From NCBI GenBank assembly GCA_002269645.1, contig NIVC01000940.1, forward strand, positions 16,839 through 80,838: a stretch of DNA of 64,000 nt, read 5' to 3'. A program made the position numbers and the translations under genes. Of the stretch, positions 56,286-64,000 are shown piece after piece; the stretch's first letter is position 1, and every line of letters begins with the position of its first letter. Under the pieces are notes generated by a model. That model was not told the DNA's origin. It ran no database searches and saw only the letters and a program-made list of their open reading frames with translations. The DNA comes from Macrostomum lignano. Taxonomy: Eukaryota.

Positions 56286-57241
56286 TGTCTACCATGTCTA
56301 ACATGTCAAAAATGTCTACCATGTCTAACATGTCAAAAATGTCTACCATGTCTAACATGTCTACCATGTCTAAAATGTCTAACATGTCTACCATGTCTAC
56401 CATGTCTACCATGTCTAACATGTCTACCATGTCTAACATGTCTACCATGTCTAACATGTCTACCATGTCTAACATGTCTACCATGTCTAACATGTCTACC
56501 ATGTCTAACATGTGTACCATGTCTACCATATCTAACATGTCTACCATGTCTACCATGTCTACCATGTCTAACATGTCTACCATGTCTAACATGTGTACCA
56601 TGTCTGCCATGTCTACCATGTCTAACATGTCTACCATGTCTACCATATCTACCATGTCTAACATGTCTACCATGTCTACCATGTCTACCATGTCTACCAT
56701 ATCTACCATGTCTACCATGTCTACCATGTCTAACATGTCTACCATGTCTACCATGTCTACCATGTCTAACATGTCTACCATGTCTAACATGTCTACCATG
56801 TCTAACATGTCTACCATGTCTAACATGTCTACCATGTCTAACATGTCTACCATGTCTAACATGTCTACCATGTCTAACATGTCTACCATGTCTAACATGT
56901 CTACCATGTCTAACATGTGTACCATGTCTACCATATCTAACATGTCTACCATGTCTACCATGTCTACCATGTCTAACATGTCTACCATGTCTAACATGTG
57001 TACCATGTCTGCCATGTCTACCATGTCTAACATGTCTACCATGTCTAACATGTGTACCATGTCTGCCATGTCTACCATGTCTAACATGTCTACCATGTCT
57101 AACATGTCTACCATGTCTAACATGTGTACCATGTTCTAACATGTCTACCATGTCTAACATGTCTACCATGTCTAACATGTCTACCATGTCCACCATGTCT
57201 ACCATGTCTAACATGTCTACCATGTCTAACATGTCTACCAT
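56284..57241. repeat. 9-bp satellite (ATGTCTACC/ATGTCTAAC), about 106 units
   Basis: Tandem units seen directly. Confidence 0.97.
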
Positions 57242-57349
57242 GTTTTTTCGCGTCGCCAGGCCAGAGGAGACATTTTGCTGCTGGCTCCTCCACGCAGTGA
57301 CAGGGAGCAAGCAATAGTTGATTACACCTTGCCCCAGTTTGGCCAGATG

Positions 57350-57604
57350 TGCAACCGACAGCTCAGCCGCAGCTATTGAGCGGCGCATCTGAAGGCTGCG
57401 TACGGCTGTTCAGTCCAAGGACTGGGTCGCCACACACAGCCTCAATTACCCCAGCTAATGCTGGTGCCCATTTTACAGCTGGGTGAACTGAATCAATGCA
57501 TAGTTGAGTGTCTTGCTCAAGGACACAAAATTGTTCCGAGTGGGTTGAGAATCGAACCCCCGACCTTCAAGTCGTGAGTCCGACGCTCTGACCACTAGGC
57601 TACA
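57350..57604 (-). mobile_element. tRNA-derived SINE with a CORE-like central segment (second family)
   Basis: Minus strand GTAGCCTAGTGGTCAGAGCG...GGTTCGATTCTC, then TGTGTCCTTGAGCAAGACACTCAAC...CACCCAGCTGTAAAATGGG; the 3' boundary is approximate. Confidence 0.7.
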
Positions 57605-57923
57605 ACCCATACCCAACCCAACCCAATTAATAGAAGGAAGACCAATGTTCATCTTTTGATATGTCTCGCCTTTCTTATAGCTATAGATTTCGTGTATAAA
57701 ATTAGGATTCTATGCTAATTGCATATCCTACGTACATTTACAATCGTACATGCCCTATGCCTAATAATCATAAAAATGGAACAACTAGACTCATTGGCTT
57801 TATGAATCTATTTTAATAGCATATCATTCTTAGCTTAATGACCTGCCTCCTAACATTTTCCAAGAATTTTAGTTTCTTGCCCTTCTACTTGAGCAGTCCA
57901 TGTATTTTATGAATGGTTCATTG

Positions 57924-58072
57924 ACACCTTCACTGTTTTGATTCTCAAGCCGCTGGAAACGTGTCCATGGAAACGGACATGCATGTGCTGCAGAGAGCAA
58001 CAGTCGAAGGTGGTGCTGGAGTACCAGTTTGCTGGGGTCCGGCTGTGCCAGCCTCCACAGCCGAACACAGCG
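57924..58072 (+). pseudogene. Degenerate fragment of the thumb exon of DEG/ENaC B, inverted relative to B
   Basis: ACTGTTTTGATTCTCAAGCCGCTGGAAACGTGTCCATGGAAACGGAC...GAGTACCAGTTTGCTG..GTCCGGCTGTGCCAG matches the reverse complement of about 61330-61465, with small indels. Confidence 0.85.
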
Positions 58073-58325
58073 GGTATTGATTTTAAGGTTGCCTTTGCTT
58101 CCACCAGATTGCACAAAGCTCTGTATACCATCCTTTAGGGAACCACGGAAGCTGCCACTACACTGTACGCAAGTGCGTACTACCATAATTTCCCACTCAA
58201 CTAACTGGTGCTATTCAATATAACGCTCCGACGGGCAAAATTAGCAGCGCATTTCGCTAAACCTGGTAGGCAACTTTGCAGACGAGTGCAGGATCGAGCT
58301 GCCGCCATTGTCAACGCGCCGCCAC

Positions 58326-58390
58326 CCCTAACCCTAACCCTAACCCTAACCCTAACCCTAACCCTAACCCTAACCCTAACCCTAACCCTA
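58326..58390. repeat. Interstitial telomeric-type repeat (CCCTAA)10
   Basis: 10 perfect units plus a partial unit. Confidence 0.95.
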
Positions 58391-59249
58391 CCCGCTGTCT
58401 GCCAGACCCTGTAAACGAGTAGAGCTTTAACTTCGATTGTTTGCCATGCAGCCTCGTAAGCAGACAAACTTGTGAAACCGCCCTGAACCAAGCGCTTGTT
58501 GCCTTCAATATGGTGCTGAAAACTGAAAATTACCTATCTGCAAATTGAAATGGATTTGAAGGATTAAAAGTGAGAAGTCCAATTAGACTAATCAAATTTT
58601 TTTATTGCAAGGCCGTGACAGCCGCTGTGGACGAAGCAGGTGGCAGGTGATTTTGATTAAATTTTGATTAAATTAATGATGCTGTTGACTCCCTGGTGTG
58701 GCAGCTTAGTGCATGGGGAAGTCTGAGCAACAGGGCATTAAGACTGAGCTCTCTCGTGAACTCGGGGGCATCCCTGCCGCTCTGATTCTCCGAGCAGAAT
58801 GCCAAAAACCCAATGTCGATCTGACTCAGGGCCGCAGTTTTCACCCACTTTGAAAACATGCCTAGAAAAACAGAAGTTGGGCACGGATGCTCCGCCTGAT
58901 TGTCTCAGTCTTCTTCGCAGCCGGTGCGAGACTCGATGGCTCCGGCACGTGACGCTCCGGTAAGCAGAGAAAGAAGCTCGTTCTCGGATAGTGACGTGAC
59001 TCGATGTGGTGCTCAAAGAATCCTAATCGGATCCTCAGGCTGATCCTCCGAGGCGACCTTGGTCTGAGAGCAGCCAACCAAGGAGCCTAATGCCAATGCG
59101 GGCAGTGATCGAGCGTCAAGCTTCACCGTCAGCTTGCTCTGCCGATGCATTTACTCCAGCTTCTTAGCCTCCTGCTTTCTGAAGGTGTGTGGAACCTGAC
59201 GTTGGTCGCTGACGGATCGAGAGCGCGCCATTCTCCAGCTTCTCCAGAC

Positions 59250-59523
59250 GTTCCCTCAGCAGTGACGTTCCCTCAACAGTGACGTTCCCTCAGCAGTGAC
59301 GTTCCCTCAGCAGTGACGTTCCCTCAGCAGTGACGTTCCCTCAGCACTGACGTTCCCTCAGCAGTGACATTCCCTCAGCAGTGACGTTCCCTCAGCACTG
59401 ACGTTCCCTCAGCAGTGACATTCCCTCAGCAGTGACGTTCCCTCAGCAGTGACGTTCCCTCAGCAGTGACGTTCCCTCAGCAGTGACGTTCCCTCAGCAG
59501 TGACGTTCCCTCAGCAGTGACGT
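59250..59523. repeat. 17-bp minisatellite
   Basis: GACGTTCCCTCAGCAGT, about 16 copies. Confidence 0.95.
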
Positions 59524-59865
59524 CACGCGACTGCTATTGCAGCGGCGCTGCTATATGGAAGCTCCGGATTGACATCGAACTCCATTTAATGGGCTCCGCC
59601 ACTAATGCATATCTTCATCCTCGTTTATGATTTTGGCGCTCTCGAAGGTGCCAAAGCTCCAGTTGGAGTACAGCATGACCGGGGTGCAGACAACGACAGG
59701 ACAGCGGTACATCACGCTCGGGTTTGGTGTCACTAAAGGGGGACACGCCATCGAAGGCAATCGTCTTGGCGGTCTGGTCTTTCTCCCTCGCCACGAGCCA
59801 TTGGCGCAAATGATCTGGTCTGGCTGTTTCAGACTGAATGAATGATAAATCAAATACGCTCGAAA

Positions 59866-59888
59866 TCTGTCTGTCTGTCTGTCAGTCA

Positions 59889-59939
<51 letters not shown>

Positions 59940-59960
59940 ATGGCGTCTGTCTGTCTTAGC

Positions 59961-60007
<47 letters not shown>

Positions 60008-60056
60008 ATGGCGTCTGTCTGTCTTAGCGTCTGTCTGTCTGTCTGTCTGTCTGTCA
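59866..60056. repeat. Interrupted (GTCT)n microsatellite
   Basis: Tandem units. Confidence 0.95.
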
Positions 60057-60612
60057 ACTAGCAGCTGTTTTATTGCGTAATAAAGTCTGTCTTGGTATTC
60101 ACGATTAAGTTTCAGTAACTTTTTCAGGGTTAAAAAGTTCGACGCTTCTCCGAGTTAGATGCCGAGAAAGTGCAGCCATCGATCGAAAAGTCTCTACAGG
60201 CACGTCTAAATAAAACGAATTTATTCAGGAGTGACGATAAGAATTTAAAGGTCAAGTTTTGTAAGAGGAAAGGAAAAAAGAAAAAAACAAGTAAGCAAAG
60301 GAAAAAGGTTTCTGTGAAAACTATTTCTGATCTGACAAACAGATGAAGAGAACTAACATCAAAATGTCTTACCAAACATACTCGTACATCGTTAGGTTTG
60401 TCATTAAAGATTTAAAATGAAGCGAGTGAAACATACTTGTATTCTTTAAACTTTGCTTATATAAATCTTTAGTAGATAGGAATTCCAAGCACAGCAAGGC
60501 CAACAGATGTCAATAGATATTCATCGGCTGGTTACGGAGACCTTACAAATTACCAGGCACCTGTACTTCTAGTTTCCGGCATCAATTCTCAAACCACATT
60601 CACGACTTCTCG

Positions 60613-63600
60613 TTACATTCTGGAATTGGACTCCAACTCAACCTGGACAGAGTCCTGACTCACAGCCGACTGTATCATCTCCGAGCACCCAGCAACAGAT
60701 GAGGCCACGGTTGGGACACTGCCGGTATTGGTGCAATTGTTGTTGAAGTTGTTGTTGGCGCCAGGGCCGCCGTTGTTCCGGTTGCGGGGCGCAGCGACTC
60801 TGTGGAATTTGTAGCCGATGGCCAGGCCGATGTAGATAAACAGCTCGAGCAGCTCGCAAACTGTCAGAATGGAAATTCCCGACCAAAGACCCAAGGCACC
60901 TGCAATTTTAGGCATGAGATGCGAAAGCTGAAATTCCTGAGAGACTTGGGATCCAGGGTCACTGAGTACAGAACCTGCTCATTGTCACCTCCAATGTCGG
61001 CCACGAGGTTCTTGGCCGGGTAGGCCTCCTCCTCCAAGATCTCCTGGCCGAATGACGTCCAGGCCTGAACCGTCAGCTGAGCCAGTCGGTTCTGCAGCAC
61101 CGTCAGCTCGTTTTGAAAGCTCAGGATTTCTGTCGCGCTCCGATTGCTGACAGGAATGGCCGAATCCCTCAGGGATCTCAGGTAGATGCTGTAGATGCTG
61201 TTCAGGCCCCTCAGGCCGCTGGGGTTGCTGCCGTATCCAAACGCGGTGGCCAGGGTTTTCAGAAACGAGAACGACTGCAGACCGTTCAGGTTCGGCCACG
61301 GATAGGTGATGTGGCGGACGCTGTACTCGGCTGTACGGCAGGGAGACTGGCACAGCCGGACTGCAGCAAACTGGTACTCCAGCACCTTCGACTTCTGCTC
61401 TCTGTAGCACATGTCCGTTTCTATGGACACGTTTCCAGCGGCTTGAAAATCAAAACAGTAGGTGTAATTCGAAAAGTACTCCACCGGAATCGGCAGGAAC
61501 GACGGCAGGCAGTGGCATTCCGCGATGAACTTCTTCACAACGTGTCTGTTGATGCAGTCGTCTCGGTCAGTCAGCTTGAATTCTGAGTCGAATTCCGACA
61601 GCGAACTGCAAATTTGGGAAATGCGTGGAACTTTTGCAAACCTGGCAGTCACACTCGCACAAGCTAAAGCCTATGGTCCATACCTCAATGCACCTTGCTT
61701 CTGCTTTCGAAGCTGCACTTCCATTGCGGCAACTTTCAGCCACCAATCAGTCACCATGGCAACCGCATTTAAGTCGAAACTGTAGCTGTAAAGGGAATCA
61801 TTGATCAGTCAGTGCGCAGTCTTCACGGCGATAAAATATTTCTGCATGAAGACTCACTCCGGGTTCTCATTAAATGGAGCCGACTTCCATGACGGCAGTC
61901 GGTAGGTGATCGGCTCCGTAGTCTCAAGGCAGGGCCTTGACGTAGTTGACAGTCTGGAGTACTTGTCGAACCTCAGCTGCACATCCATGCGCTGAGCGGT
62001 GGCCACATCGATTCCCTTCGAGGCCCACGGGAACGAGCTATCCGGAACGATGACCGCCTGCGGGTTCGCGGTTGAGCAGCCAGGCTCAGAGATTGCGTGA
62101 GACATTGAGACGCTCAGCGACCGACGAAGACTCACCTTGAATGCGACCTGAGTCGCATCGGAGCCGCGGCTGTCTCGCACTACCCGCGTCAGCTTGTCGA
62201 TGTTGGACACCGTCTGACCCTTGGAGTCTGTCGAGTCCGTGAAGTACTTGATGGACAGCTGGCTCTCCGCCAACTGCGTGCTGGTCATGTTGGCGGTGAA
62301 GCGCTGCTTGAGAAACTTGTGGCACATGCCCAGCTGCGGGTGGGCGACGTTCACAAAGTCGTCCTTGGTGCACTTCTGGCCAGCGAAGCTGCAGTCGGCG
62401 AGGCCGGCGTTGAGGTCGCTGCCGAACTGTCGGGCCAGCAGGTGGCTGCCGACTGAGTCTCTGACGGCGCCCGTCACGCTGGGGACCGCGGCATCTGTTA
62501 AATGTTATGTGAATGCGGGATCAGGAAAGATATTTTGAATGAGAACTTCCTATCAATCGGTTGTTCAACAAAGGGCTCTAAAGGCCCTGAAAAAGCGACT
62601 TACAACACAGCGGGATCTCGCAGGGCTCAAAGTCAGCATCAAAGAGACCGCCCCAGCCCATGATGTCCGGGATGCAGCCCGGCACATCAGACATTTCTTG
62701 TGCGAAGCGACTGAAGTTATGTTTTTATAAATTGAAGCAGAGGCTGAGTTAAACATATTTAAAGTTTTATGCAGCAGAAGTCAAAGAAAGAATTCGATAG
62801 GAAGATTTTCTTACTAAGCCTCGTGCGTACTAAAGTACGAGCCGTGGTCGATAACGATCTGCGCCGATCGGCAGAAATTGTCGCTGCTGTTGGGATTGAA
62901 GTCCGGAGTCTGAACGTGAAATCCGAACTGCTTGTGGTAACCTATGAGTAGTCGGCGTTTGCAAGTCATGGATATGAATTCGAACTCGGGCATTTTATCG
63001 CATTCTGTGCATGCAGCGGTCGCATAGTTACCCATTCTTATGTACGTATCCTCTTGTATCTTCTCCAGCTTACTCCACGGCACGCACGGCTTCCCGGTGA
63101 TTGTGTAGTTTTTCCTACCGGTGTACCGGGCCCGTGTCAGCCGCTCAAGGGTCTTGTTCTCAGAGCTCACGATGCAGTCGTAAGCACCTGACATCGCTGA
63201 AAAAGTGTAGCATTCGTGCGGTGTAACCGAGGAGATAATCCTCGTATGGCAAACTCACTCACGGCAGAAGGGCACATCGCAGAACGCAGCGCCCAGCCTG
63301 TCTCGCTCATCAGTGAAGAAGCAGTAGGGCCCGTGCGAGAAGACTGTGAGGTTGCTGAAGTTTCCCACCTGCAGCGGCCTCGGCTCTGCAAGCGGATTGA
63401 GCCTCGGCTAGAGTTATAGAGGCTTCTGCTGACAAGAATTCAAGAGACTCACCTGTGTCTCCGAGCTGCAGCACCGTGATGGCGGTTGCTGACCCGCAGT
63501 GCTGCTGATCGTTGCTGGCGCAGCGACTGCTGCAGACGCCGCTGTCATTGCCGGAGCTTGGGGAACTCGCTCCGCACAGGCAGCTGTCAACTTGCAGCGC

Positions 63601-64000
63601 GATGTGGCTGAAGTCGAGCGAAGCGCAACAGTGAGCGCAGGTCTCGTGAGTCACAATGCCTTCCGTGTCGCAGGTGTAGTTGAATTCATGGTCGGTGAAG
63701 TTCGCCTCAAAGCAACCAACAAGCCGCAGCGTGGGGCCTGTAATTCCAGGTTCGGTTGGAATGTCGAATAAAGCCGAATAAAGCTTGCAAAACAATCTCT
63801 TGACTCACGATTCGCGATGGGGAAAAAATCGGACAGCGGGAGCCCTGGCGGGGAAGCGACAGCGAGACTCGCTGTCGGAGAAGTTCAACGCCAGCAGTCG
63901 GTCAGCGAGGCTGTGTGTTAAACTGGTGTTCACACTTCTCAGCCTCTGAGCCGCATCGTTCCATTGCATGCACTGCCTGTACGTCCTGAATGGCGGCAGC
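60613..64000 (-). CDS. DEG/ENaC-family channel B (paralog of A), 5' part outside the window; exons >64000-63809, 63737-63453, 63385-63263, 63196-63032, 62941-62815, 62710-62604, 62494-62136, 62057-61858, 61785-61684, 61605-60989, 60899-60613
   Basis: Same intron positions and phases as gene A; kringle-WSC-kringle insert; [36 protein letters not shown]. One apparent +1 frameshift in the G run at 63850-63853. Confidence 0.85.

Noticed and set aside
56071-57388. 300-353-aa MVDMLD/MSTMSN/HGRHVR ORFs
   Set aside because: Frames of the 9-bp satellite, open on both strands only because the unit lacks stops

Overview
Eukaryotic (animal) genomic DNA: GC-rich coding exons, short GT-AG introns and many different minisatellites. 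The style resembles a free-living flatworm such as Macrostomum, but this is inference only. Gene models were built by hand from splice sites and frame continuity. In order: Frizzled (-), PKD2/polycystin-2 (+, 8 coding exons), EFCAB10 (-), TXNDC11-like (+, 5 exons), SNRPC/U1-C (+), RPL22 (+), and two convergent paralogous DEG/ENaC channel genes (A: +, 43829-48042, about 1047 aa; B: -, 60613 to beyond the window end). The most striking feature is in both DEG/ENaC genes. Each carries an approximately 386-aa extracellular insert, bounded by phase-1 introns, made of a kringle domain split by a nested WSC domain and followed by a second kringle. The paralogs are divergent in this insert but nearly identical over a roughly 0.6-kb tract of the channel core, which suggests gene conversion. 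Mobile DNA includes a Penelope-like remnant with a hammerhead ribozyme motif and an inverted tail (PKD2 intron), a 5-kb hAT-like element with an 8-bp TSD (TXNDC11 intron 1), a 77-bp hAT MITE and tRNA-derived SINEs. No CRISPR, rRNA or bona fide tRNA genes were seen.
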